Notes under the pieces: model-generated
The model's input: the letters and a program-made list of their open reading frames with translations, nothing else
Told to the model about the DNA's origin: nothing
The model's database searches: none
In this document: one piece after another, positions 36,862 to 45,566 of the stretch
Layout: every line of letters starts with the position of its first letter
How positions within the stretch are numbered: the first letter of the stretch is position 1
Assembly (NCBI GenBank): GCA_934277435.1
Contig: CAKQUE010000006.1
Location: 3,395-67,394, forward strand
Reading direction: 5' to 3'
Length of the DNA: 64,000 nt
DNA from: an uncultured Alphaproteobacteria bacterium
GTDB lineage: Bacteria > Pseudomonadota > Alphaproteobacteria > RF32 > CAG-239
Translations under genes and position numbers: made by a program

Positions 36862-38889
36862 TTATTTCAATTTTAGCTCCAAACTGGCTTCTTCCAAAAC
36901 TTCGGGCTCATAGAGCAGGGCGATTTCTTCTTCGCGGCTAAAGTTAGGTTCTTTGCCATAGTTCAGGTAGTTATCCAATTTGATTTTAGCTTCATTCAAA
37001 ACTGTTTTGCCAAAATCCGGCGCCGGACCGTTTACTTCCAGCATCAGGGTATGAATTTGCAAAAGATAATTATCTTCTATCACATCAAGCACACCGCGCT
37101 TTTTGCTTTGTTTCATCAAAACCGGCGCTTCTTTTTGTGCGGTTGCTGTAATTTCCGGTATGTGCTTTTCTTCGGGAATCACAAACCAATTGTGTTTGAA
37201 AGCAAAGCGTCCCAATCCCTCATAAGAGGATAATACGGAAAGCGGAATAGAGAGCATTAGTCCCAAAGTTACCGGCAGCATCCAATAAAACAGAGCCGGC
37301 AGCTGGTCATAAACCACATAAGTTGTCATCACGCCTAAAATTGTGTGACTAATATGACGTTGAAAAGCCTCTTTCCATGTAGTGTAGCCGTCACGGCTTT
37401 GGGTGTTCCAGCCCACATCTTGACCGGTTAAAATTTCCCATACGAATTTGGTTTGAAAAATCATCATAATCGGCGCAATCAAAGCCGAAAACACAATCTC
37501 GGCCAATACGCTTTTTATAGTACCGAAAAAGCCACCGATGTTTTTGAATTTGTTGTTTTTCAAATAAATAATCATACCCAAAAACTTAGGAAAAATCAGC
37601 ATAAACATCGAAATTAAAAACAGCGTGATGGTTCCCATTTTATCAAAAATAGGCCAGTTAGGGAACAATGATTGTTCGGTCGAAAAATATTCCGGCGGAA
37701 AATAAACATGTCCCAGCGCCACTAAAATTCCGGAAACCAGAAAAATAAACCACAGCGGCGAGGAAAGATAAGACATTATACCAATGGTAAAGTGTATGCG
37801 GCTAATCGGGTGGATATGCTTTGATACCAATATTTCCAAATGTTGAATGTTGCCTTGACACCAGCGGCGGTCACGGGTGGCAAAATCTATCATTGTCGGC
37901 GGACATTCTTCATAACTACCGCCAAGTTCCGGCAGCAGCCAAGCATACCAGCCGCCGCGGCGGATTAAAGCCGCTTCCACAAAATCGTGGCTCAAAATAT
38001 GGCCGCCAAACGGTTTAGGGCCTTTTAAAACCGGCAAACCGCAGCATTCCATAAAAGCTTTGACACGGATTATGGCATTGTGTCCCCAATAGTTGCTGTC
38101 GTGAACCTGCCAAAAGCACAAGCCGGCCGAAACAATATTGCCATAAACCTTGCCGGCAAACTGTTGTACACGGGCAAACAGCGAGTGGCTGTTGATACAT
38201 TGCGGTGGCGCCTGAATAATACCGGTGTCAGAGTTAAGCTCCATCAAACGCGACATTTCAACAATAGTTTTGCCTTCCAAAAGGCTGTCTGCGTCCAAAA
38301 CCACCATATAATCATAGAGCGCGCCCCATTTATGGCAAAAATCTTCAATATTTCCGCTTTTGCGAGCAATGTTTATTGGACGGCGGCGATAATAAAGATT
38401 AATTTCTTTCGGCATTAATTTTTTGGCGTTTATCCAGCCGTTTTCTTCTTCTACCCAAATTTTTGGATTGGTGGTGTCGCTCAAAACAAACATATCATAC
38501 GCCTGAGCCTGACCGGTTTTAACCAGACTATCTGCAATAGCCAGCAGGCGAGCATAAACCATATCGCATTCTTCATTATAAATCGGCATTAAAATAGCGG
38601 TTTTAGTTTTGAGCGGAGTTTTCTTTTCCGGCCAAATTATCCCCGGCATGGATTTGTTTGCCAGCAATTCAAAAAAGCCGAATATGCTGGCCCAAAAGAA
38701 AAGGGCTATCCAGCCAGTGGTCAAAACAAACAACAGAGTCATGATTGTGCGAGCCGCGGTATTGGCGTCGGTTGGCATGGATACAACCCATTTAAAGGTT
38801 AAAAACATGGTGGTTAAAATCATCAACCCAAAAATAAGAATACGTCGGAAGGTGATTTGGGCGGCGCTGATTGGACGAGTTTTTATCAC
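36862..38889 (-). CDS. opgH: osmoregulated periplasmic glucan glucosyltransferase OpgH (MdoH)
   Basis: GT2 core with 'VLDADS' and 'RDRRWCQGNIQH', plus multiple TM helices. 675 aa. Confidence 0.9.
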   Translation of the reverse strand: MIKTRPISAAQITFRRILIFGLMILTTMFLTFKWVVSMPTDANTAARTIMTLLFVLTTGWIALFFWASIFGFFELLANKSMPGIIWPEKKTPLKTKTAILMPIYNEECDMVYARLLAIADSLVKTGQAQAYDMFVLSDTTNPKIWVEEENGWINAKKLMPKEINLYYRRRPINIARKSGNIEDFCHKWGALYDYMVVLDADSLLEGKTIVEMSRLMELNSDTGIIQAPPQCINSHSLFARVQQFAGKVYGNIVSAGLCFWQVHDSNYWGHNAIIRVKAFMECCGLPVLKGPKPFGGHILSHDFVEAALIRRGGWYAWLLPELGGSYEECPPTMIDFATRDRRWCQGNIQHLEILVSKHIHPISRIHFTIGIMSYLSSPLWFIFLVSGILVALGHVYFPPEYFSTEQSLFPNWPIFDKMGTITLFLISMFMLIFPKFLGMIIYLKNNKFKNIGGFFGTIKSVLAEIVFSALIAPIMMIFQTKFVWEILTGQDVGWNTQSRDGYTTWKEAFQRHISHTILGVMTTYVVYDQLPALFYWMLPVTLGLMLSIPLSVLSSYEGLGRFAFKHNWFVIPEEKHIPEITATAQKEAPVLMKQSKKRGVLDVIEDNYLLQIHTLMLEVNGPAPDFGKTVLNEAKIKLDNYLNYGKEPNFSREEEIALLYEPEVLEEASLELKLK

Positions 38890-39320
38890 TTTTTTTCTCC
38901 TTTGGCTTTTTTAGCTTTATGCAGATGTATAGTGTCTATTTCTTGCGTCGGCATTTCAGTCAATTTATACGATGGCGCAGTTTCAATATATGCTTTGCGC
39001 ATAAGTTCCATAAAATCAGAATCCGCAAAATTTGGCAGTAAAGGTTTTACGCCATATTTTTTGGCAATCTCCAAACCAATAAAAGCGGCTTTATACAAGG
39101 CGATTAACTGAGTTTTAGCCAATTTTGTTTTAAAAATTTCTTTGGCTTTTAGATAAACTATTTCATTAATCGTTGCTATTAAGTTGTTGGATTTACTTAA
39201 TTTAGGATATGAGTCTAACAGCGTTTGAGCTTCACTTTTTTTGATGCCTAGACAGCTGATATAAGCCTCAATAATATCCTGAGCGCTTTGAATCTTTAGT
39301 TTAACCATTGATAGCTCCAT
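38886..39320 (-). CDS. hypothetical protein wedged between opgG and opgH
   Basis: 144-aa ORF. Its stop overlaps the opgH start by 4 nt and its start region overlaps the opgG stop. No motif recognised. Confidence 0.55.
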   Translation of the reverse strand: MELSMVKLKIQSAQDIIEAYISCLGIKKSEAQTLLDSYPKLSKSNNLIATINEIVYLKAKEIFKTKLAKTQLIALYKAAFIGLEIAKKYGVKPLLPNFADSDFMELMRKAYIETAPSYKLTEMPTQEIDTIHLHKAKKAKGEKK

Positions 39321-40852
39321 ACTTCGGAAATCGGGGTGTCATCTTTGGTCAGCAGGACTCTGATTTCATCTCCATCTTCCGGCTGATAGTCTACATAAAC
39401 CGTAACTCCTTTTGTTACTGGATTATATACGCTGCTGACACCATTGATTTTGCCTTTAATCGCCGAAACCTGAGGTTTAATATTGTTTTCATTGAATTTA
39501 TCATTAAGTTCTTTACCCACAAAATCAATCACAAATTTGCGGTCAGTGTTGTCTAAGTTGATTCCGGAAACGCCGCCTACACCGGTTCTGGTAGCGGTAA
39601 TAGAAGCCAATTCTTTATCTTTCATCACGTCATTTAACCAAATCAATCTATAAGAATAGGTATATTCTCCACCAGCTTTAATTGGCTGTTCCGGCACCCA
39701 ATAAGCGACTATGTTGTCGTGAATTTCTTGCAATGACGGAATTTCTACCAGCTGCACCAAACCTTTGCCCCAATCAGACAATGGTTCAACCCATGCACTC
39801 GGGCGGTCTTGATAATTTGCCTCAAAATCCAGATAGTTTTTGATGTCGCGGTCGCGCTGCAGCAAGCCAAAACCCTTTGGATTATTATCCATAAATGAAC
39901 TGATACGCAAATGTTTAGAATTATCCAGCGGACGCCACAGCCATTCGTCGTTGCCATTGTGAATCAGCAAGCCGTCGCTGTCATGAACTTCGGGACGGTA
40001 GTCATCAAATTCATGTTTGTTGTTTTCTCCAAACAAAAACATGGAAGTAAGCGGGGCAATACCGATTTTTTTGATATCGGTACGAGCAAATAGGCGTGCT
40101 TCTATATCCATTATGGTGTTAGTTCCCGGAATTATTTTGAAACTATAAGCACCGCTTACGCTTTTGCTATCCAACAAAGCATATAATTTTATGTATTTGT
40201 CTTTAGGTTTTGGTTTTTCAATCCAAAATTCTTTGAATATTGGAAATTCTTCACCAGTCATTTCGGCAGTGTCAATAGCCAAACCGCGAGCGGAAAGTCC
40301 GTATTTTTGACCTTTTGCCAAACCACGGAAATAGCTTGCGCCCAAAAAAGTAACCAACTCGTCAAAATAGGCCGAAGTATTCAGCGGACTATGGATTCTA
40401 AAACCGGCATAACCCAAATTTTCAAACTGCTCTGTATGCAGATTGTTTTTGCCGTAGTCAAAAAATTTGCTGGAGTATTTAATGCTTTTTGAAACGCCGT
40501 CTATAACCTCATTTATAGGTACTGAAATTTGAAAAATGTTGCCAAGGTGGAAAAATTGAATTTCATAAGGAAGATTTTGATTGTACCACGGACCGTTTTC
40601 ACGCACAAATCTGATGTCACGGTGTCCATCATAGCTAAGATTGTTCAGCTCGTCTGGCAAATGAGTGTTTGGTGCTTGATAAGGTGTAGCAGCAAGAGTT
40701 TTAGCTTTGCTGATTACACTGTCAAAAGAAAAGTTTTTTTCAATATGATTCTTTAAAATATTTTCTTGATTTGCATAGTATTTTTGCCAGCCATACCAGC
40801 CTCCGGTCCCGATACCAGCAATAACAATTAACAGAATAAGTTTTTTTAGCAT
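39296..40852 (-). CDS. opgG: periplasmic glucan biosynthesis protein OpgG/OpgD (MdoG family)
   Basis: 518 aa with an N-terminal anchor or signal. 'GASYFRG', 'YGLSARGLAIDT' and 'FPIFKEFWIEKP' are typical of MdoG. Confidence 0.88.
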   Translation of the reverse strand: MLKKLILLIVIAGIGTGGWYGWQKYYANQENILKNHIEKNFSFDSVISKAKTLAATPYQAPNTHLPDELNNLSYDGHRDIRFVRENGPWYNQNLPYEIQFFHLGNIFQISVPINEVIDGVSKSIKYSSKFFDYGKNNLHTEQFENLGYAGFRIHSPLNTSAYFDELVTFLGASYFRGLAKGQKYGLSARGLAIDTAEMTGEEFPIFKEFWIEKPKPKDKYIKLYALLDSKSVSGAYSFKIIPGTNTIMDIEARLFARTDIKKIGIAPLTSMFLFGENNKHEFDDYRPEVHDSDGLLIHNGNDEWLWRPLDNSKHLRISSFMDNNPKGFGLLQRDRDIKNYLDFEANYQDRPSAWVEPLSDWGKGLVQLVEIPSLQEIHDNIVAYWVPEQPIKAGGEYTYSYRLIWLNDVMKDKELASITATRTGVGGVSGINLDNTDRKFVIDFVGKELNDKFNENNIKPQVSAIKGKINGVSSVYNPVTKGVTVYVDYQPEDGDEIRVLLTKDDTPISEVWSYQWLN

Positions 40853-40993
40853 ATTAATCTCCCTAAAATTCCTATTTATTGTGGTATATAAATAAGTGTT
40901 TTGCTTGTCAATAGAGATGTTAAAAAAATATTAATAAATATAAATTTGAATTGATTGACAAAAATATAAAGGATGTGATATATTTAAACAAAA

Positions 40994-41965
40994 ATGGGGG
41001 CAAATATGGTAGTAAATACAAAAGAAATGCTAAAATGTTGCTTAAAAAAAGTGGCTGAGCGTAAGCATAACTTAGCTACCAAAATTATGGCATTGACAAT
41101 GGTTTTGTCTGCAAATGCAGCCAAGGACACTCCTGCCGCAACCAAAGATAAAGTTGTTCCTAAAAAAGAAGTTAAAGCAGAAAACGATAAATTTGCCAAA
41201 TATCGTTCGGCTGAAAAAGATGTTATTCAGCAGCTCGTGTTTTATGAAGGTTGCGTGCGTAAGGCTTATCAGGATAGAGTTGGAATTTGGACGGTAGGAA
41301 TTGGAAATACCAAGCGCCCGAGTGGAGAAAAAGTTACTCAGCGTGACAAGTTAATTAATAATAAACAGATTTACAATTACGTTACAGCTCATTTAGAAAG
41401 AGAAATTTATCCGGCATTGGATAAATATATTAACCGAGATTTGTCGCCAAATGAAAAAGCGGCTGTTATCAGTTTGTGCTATAATTGCGGAACAAAGGTT
41501 TTGGGGCAAAACGGAAAAAGGTCAGCCTTAGCTGAGGCAATTAATAAAAACGACACAAAAGGTATAATAAAAGGTTTTATGGCACGTGTTTCTACCAGAA
41601 AAGAAAGATTTGTTAATCATTTAGCCGTGCGGCGGGCACTTGAGCTGGAAACATATTTTGGTCATTTGAAACAAAGTGATATTAATATGTTTTATGTTGG
41701 CGGACAAAGAGGATTAGAAATTAGCGATATTTTGCAAAAAGACAAAAATGGAAGATATACAATATTAAAGGAAGACGCAAATACCATCAATAATTTGGTA
41801 TCTCATTGTATGAGAGCGCCTTCTGCCGATAAAGCGCCGGAATATGCGTGGTTTGGCGGTGATAAAAGAGTGTCAGAGTTTGCTAATTTGAGCAATGAAA
41901 CATACTATGCTCAGGTTAAAGATTTTCAAAATGCAAATATTTCTAAAGAAAACGGCAGAATGTAA
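40994..41965 (+). CDS. GH24 (phage T4-type) lysozyme-domain protein with C-terminal extension
   Basis: 'LVFYEGCVRKAYQDRVGIWTVGIGNT' carries the catalytic Glu/Asp/Thr pattern. There is an N-terminal hydrophobic segment. The start could be ATG 40994 or 41006. Confidence 0.8.
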   Translation: MGANMVVNTKEMLKCCLKKVAERKHNLATKIMALTMVLSANAAKDTPAATKDKVVPKKEVKAENDKFAKYRSAEKDVIQQLVFYEGCVRKAYQDRVGIWTVGIGNTKRPSGEKVTQRDKLINNKQIYNYVTAHLEREIYPALDKYINRDLSPNEKAAVISLCYNCGTKVLGQNGKRSALAEAINKNDTKGIIKGFMARVSTRKERFVNHLAVRRALELETYFGHLKQSDINMFYVGGQRGLEISDILQKDKNGRYTILKEDANTINNLVSHCMRAPSADKAPEYAWFGGDKRVSEFANLSNETYYAQVKDFQNANISKENGRM

Positions 41966-41977
41966 AAGGGTTATATT

Positions 41978-42322
41978 ATGGAACATCCAGAAACAGAATT
42001 AGAAGTTTTTTCTCCTTTATCTATACAGGAATACATAAGATTGATGACAGCGGCTCACTATATAAATTTGGGCGCGGATTCTGGTGCGGCTCGTTTTAGC
42101 ATAACTCCAGAAAATTTTGCCAAGATGGATTCTGAACCGTTGAAAGCGGCGCTAATCGGGCTGAACTTGAAGTATAATGCTGCCGAACAGGTTTTAGAAG
42201 TTACGGCAGACGAAGCTTTTTTACATTTGTATGAAAATAAAATTATGAATGAAGTGGCGCGTGTTTTTGCCATAAATTATAAAAATCGCTACGCTTCAAA
42301 AATTATGGTCGAAAATGTGTGA
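41978..42322 (+). CDS. hypothetical protein (114 aa)
   Basis: ORF 12 nt after the lysozyme gene. It overlaps the next gene by 8 nt. Confidence 0.55.
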   Translation: MEHPETELEVFSPLSIQEYIRLMTAAHYINLGADSGAARFSITPENFAKMDSEPLKAALIGLNLKYNAAEQVLEVTADEAFLHLYENKIMNEVARVFAINYKNRYASKIMVENV

Positions 42323-42671
42323 TGAACTATTTGCAAAGTTAGCAAAGTCAAAGTTCCGCAGTAGTTTTCATCTGTCAGAAAAAGATAAGGCATATATAAA
42401 AGACAAAGGTTTGGAAACAATTCGCCGTCATGCCGCCGACTTTGTGGAAAAACGTTTATCTCCTCCAGCTAGGTTGCTTAAAAATGACGGCAAACAAACA
42501 CCTATGCGCGGACATCCGGTGTTTGTTGCACAGCACGCCTGTGCTTGCTGCTGCCGTCAATGTTTGTCTAAATGGCATAATATAGATGCAAATCACTGGC
42601 TGACCGAAGCGGAGCAAGCATATATTGTCAATATTTTAATGAGCTGGATAAAAAAAGAATATGTCGACTAA
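42315..42671 (+). CDS. DUF4186 family protein
   Basis: 'NDGKQTPMRGHPVFVAQHACACCCRQCLSKWH' is the DUF4186 signature as I remember it. Confidence 0.7.
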   Translation: MCDELFAKLAKSKFRSSFHLSEKDKAYIKDKGLETIRRHAADFVEKRLSPPARLLKNDGKQTPMRGHPVFVAQHACACCCRQCLSKWHNIDANHWLTEAEQAYIVNILMSWIKKEYVD

Positions 42672-42839
42672 AGTCGTACGAAACAGAAAAAAGTTGCAGT
42701 GATGAAAAAATCTAAAAATATCGAGCGTTAGCCTCAAAAAAATAATATTCTTAAAAAGCGTTTAAAAGGCTTTACTTTTGGTGCGATACTGGTTATACAG
42801 ATTACATTGATTATATTATTGTTTAACTAATTATTATCT

Positions 42840-43121
42840 ATGGTACAAAAAATTGAATTAAACGCATTAAAAGAAAACAAGGTTATTTCTTTAAATGTTC
42901 CCAGTGGTAGACGAGTTAGGCACAGCGTTAGCTCAATGTCTACCAGTGGTCATTACGCCTCAAAATCCGTTTGGTCTGTAGACAAGAAACCGATTTTGGA
43001 GATTACCAACACAATATATGGACGTTGGCGTATAATTGTTAAGGGGAGCAAGGTTGACGGCTATTATTTTGAGCCGAAAGAAAAATCTCCTTATCGTTGG
43101 AAAGTAAAGTTTGTTTATTAA
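42840..43121 (+). CDS. hypothetical protein (93 aa)
   Basis: ORF followed by a hairpin and T-run at 43131-43169. Confidence 0.5.
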   Translation: MVQKIELNALKENKVISLNVPSGRRVRHSVSSMSTSGHYASKSVWSVDKKPILEITNTIYGRWRIIVKGSKVDGYYFEPKEKSPYRWKVKFVY

Positions 43122-43130
43122 ACTACAATG

Positions 43131-43169
43131 AAAAATCCCTGCCTTATACCATTAAGCCGGGGATTTTTT
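43131..43169 (+). terminator. intrinsic terminator
   Basis: AAAATCCC...GGGGATTTTTTG. Confidence 0.5.
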
Positions 43170-43312
43170 GTGCGTTGAGGATTTTTTTTACTCTGCCCCC
43201 ATTTAATGATGAACCTTAAGTTTTCGCTGCGCTTGCAGAAAAAAACTGTCATTTTAGACAGTTTTTCCTTAGCGCGCCTTACGGTTCGAGCCCTACCGCT
43301 TTTACCACACAA

Positions 43313-43346
43313 TAAAACCCCACAGGGACAAGCCCCATGGGGTTTT
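43313..43346 (-). terminator. terminator hairpin after tRNA-Ser
   Basis: AAAACCCCA...TGGGGTTTT with an internal CCCCATGGGG palindrome. Confidence 0.55.
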
Positions 43347-43348
43347 AT

Positions 43349-43437
43349 TGGCGGAGCGTACAGGACTCGAACCTGTGCATCCTTTTAAGGGGATGACGGA
43401 TTAGCAATCCGCTGCATTACCACTCTGCCAACGCTCC
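43349..43437 (-). tRNA. tRNA-Ser (anticodon GCT)
   Basis: Hand-folded: acceptor GGAGCGT/ACGCTCC, 3-bp D stem, anticodon loop TTGCTAA, long variable arm CATCC..GGATG, T arm ACAGG-TTCGAGT-CCTGT, and an encoded CCA. Confidence 0.9.
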
Positions 43438-43567
43438 ATAAATGATAACGACATACTTTTAGCTTATGTTTTTACTCTAGTCAATAACTTTTTTAATTTT
43501 TTGCAAATTATTCTCAACTATTGAAATTTTTTTAATACCTACTATCTTCACAGCAAGGAGAAAACTC

Positions 43568-43879
43568 ATGGAATTATATTTGCTTATATCGCTTGTTTTT
43601 ATTTATTTAATCACCGCTGCTATGGTCAATAAAAACGTGGTACATCGGATATGGACACTGGCTTTTATTGCCGCGTTTGCGGTGACGGCAGTGGCAATAG
43701 GCTTTTTACGCGTGACCAATCAAGATGTGATGATGTCGGCGGATAACTTGAATTGGTACTATCTTTTATATATTTTCGGTTCTATGTCGGTGGTGCTTGG
43801 CGTCATAAACCTGTGGATGTACCGCAAACCTTTGTGGCAGATTTTACACAATGATGATGTTGAAGAAGACAAAGAATAA
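43568..43879 (+). CDS. small membrane protein (3 TM helices)
   Basis: Hydrophobic 103-aa ORF with RBS AAGGAG upstream. Confidence 0.6.
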   Translation: MELYLLISLVFIYLITAAMVNKNVVHRIWTLAFIAAFAVTAVAIGFLRVTNQDVMMSADNLNWYYLLYIFGSMSVVLGVINLWMYRKPLWQILHNDDVEEDKE

Positions 43880-43930
43880 TTGCAAATTTATGTTTTTTGT
43901 GTAATATACCCCCTAACAAAGGGGGATATT

Positions 43931-45502
43931 ATGTTACGCATTAACAATATTTCTATGCCGCTGAACGCAAACGAGCAGCAGTTGAAGCAAAAAGCAGCGC
44001 AAAAACTAGGAGTGAAAGAAAATGAACTCCAAAATTTTACCGTTTCCAAAAAATCGGTAGATGCGCGCAACAAAAATAATGTGCATTTTGTTTATAGTGT
44101 GGATTGCAATTCGGCTTCAACAGTGCGTGACAAAGATATTGAGCAGCTGCCAGAGGTAGAAAAACTAACCTTTAATATAAAAAGTGACGGCGTGCGTCCG
44201 ATTGTGGTTGGCAGCGGTCCTGCCGGTATGTTTGCTGGTTTGGCTTTGGCGGAAGCCGGACTAAATCCCATAATTTTAGAGCGTGGAGCACCGGTGGAAC
44301 AACGCCAAAAAGATGTGGCGGCGTTTTGGCATGGCGGCGAGCTGAAAATAAATTCTAACGTGCAGTTCGGAGAAGGCGGTGCAGGTACTTTTTCGGACGG
44401 TAAACTTATGACCGGTATCAAAAAAGACAAGTTTACAGCCAAAGTGTTGCAAGAATTTGCTGCGGCTGGTGCTCCTCAAGAAATTCTTTATTTGGCAAAG
44501 CCGCATATTGGGACGGATAAATTGCGTCTGGTTGTCAAAAACATTCGGCAAAAAATTCTGTCTTTAGGCGGAGAATATCGTTTTAACAGTCAGTTGACCG
44601 GTCTTGTTATCAAAAATGACAAACTTGTGGCGGTTAAAGTTACTGATGAAAAAGCAACTTATGAATTGCCGGCGAATAAGCTGTTTTTGGCTATCGGGCA
44701 TAGTGCGCGCGATACTTTTGAAATGCTGCATAATAGCGGAGTGCATATGGAGCAAAAACCATTTTCAGTCGGCGCCCGAATAGAACATAGGCAAACGCTG
44801 ATAAATAAGGCGCAATACGGCAAAGCGGCGGAAAGTCCATATTTGGGCGCGGCAGATTATAAAATGGCGGTGCATTTGCCAAACGGACGCTCTGTCTATA
44901 CGTTTTGTATGTGTCCTGGCGGTGTGGTTGTGGCAGCGGCTTCCGAAAAAGGACGTGTAGTGACAAACGGTATGAGCGAATTTGCCCGTGCGGCCGAAAA
45001 TGCTAATTCGGCTTTGCTGGTTGGTGTTTCCGAAAAAGATTTTGGCAGTAATAGTCCGCTGGCCGGTATGTATTTTCAGCGCAAACTAGAGGAAAATGCT
45101 TTTATTGCCGGTGACAGTTCATATCGCGCGCCAGCGGTTTTGGTCGGCGATTTTTTGCGCTGCAAAGTTTCGCAAAAATTGGGCGAGGTGCGTCCAACCT
45201 ATCTTCCGGGGGTCGCTTTAGGCGGATTTAAGCAGGTTTTGCCGTCAGAAATAGCCGATTCTCTGCGTTTAGGTATAGTAGAAATGGCTAAAAAATTGCA
45301 CGGTTTTGATTGCTATGACGCGGTTTTGACCGGAGTCGAAACCCGTAGTTCATCGCCAGTCAGAATAGTGCGCAATGAAACGATGCAAAGTAATATTGAA
45401 GGGCTGTATCCATGCGGTGAGGGCGCGGGCTACGCTGGTGGCATAACCTCGGCGGCGGCAGATGGCCTGAAAGCTGTTTACGCTTTGCAGCAGGATAAAT
45501 AA
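43931..45502 (+). CDS. FAD-dependent oxidoreductase (COG2509-like)
   Basis: 'IVVGSGPAGMFAGLALAEAG' Rossmann motif, 'GEGGAGTFSDGKL', and a C-terminal 'GEGAGYAGGI'. The start is at ATG 43931, after AAAGGGGG. Confidence 0.8.
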   Translation: MLRINNISMPLNANEQQLKQKAAQKLGVKENELQNFTVSKKSVDARNKNNVHFVYSVDCNSASTVRDKDIEQLPEVEKLTFNIKSDGVRPIVVGSGPAGMFAGLALAEAGLNPIILERGAPVEQRQKDVAAFWHGGELKINSNVQFGEGGAGTFSDGKLMTGIKKDKFTAKVLQEFAAAGAPQEILYLAKPHIGTDKLRLVVKNIRQKILSLGGEYRFNSQLTGLVIKNDKLVAVKVTDEKATYELPANKLFLAIGHSARDTFEMLHNSGVHMEQKPFSVGARIEHRQTLINKAQYGKAAESPYLGAADYKMAVHLPNGRSVYTFCMCPGGVVVAAASEKGRVVTNGMSEFARAAENANSALLVGVSEKDFGSNSPLAGMYFQRKLEENAFIAGDSSYRAPAVLVGDFLRCKVSQKLGEVRPTYLPGVALGGFKQVLPSEIADSLRLGIVEMAKKLHGFDCYDAVLTGVETRSSSPVRIVRNETMQSNIEGLYPCGEGAGYAGGITSAAADGLKAVYALQQDK

Positions 45503-45511
45503 AAATATATA

Positions 45512-45539
45512 TTGACAGCAAAAATGCTCTGTCTATACT
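45512..45539 (+). promoter_or_regulatory. sigma70 promoter TTGACA-16-TATACT
   Basis: Near-consensus hexamers at 45512-17 and 45534-39. Confidence 0.6.
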
Positions 45540-45554
45540 GAACAAAAATAGAAC
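45540..45554 (+). promoter_or_regulatory. alpha-proteobacterial SOS (LexA) box GAAC-N7-GAAC
   Basis: GAACaaaaataGAAC directly abuts the -10 hexamer, 13 nt upstream of the polymerase ATG. Confidence 0.6.
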
Positions 45555-45566
45555 AAAGTGTTGACA

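Noticed and set aside
40853-43437. Genomic island or prophage remnant integrated at tRNA-Ser (lysozyme plus small ORFs on the 3' side of the tRNA).
   Set aside because: There is no integrase, no other phage or mobility gene, and no direct repeat of the tRNA 3' end at the distal boundary (40853-40993). The only tRNA-like copy is inverted and immediately adjacent.
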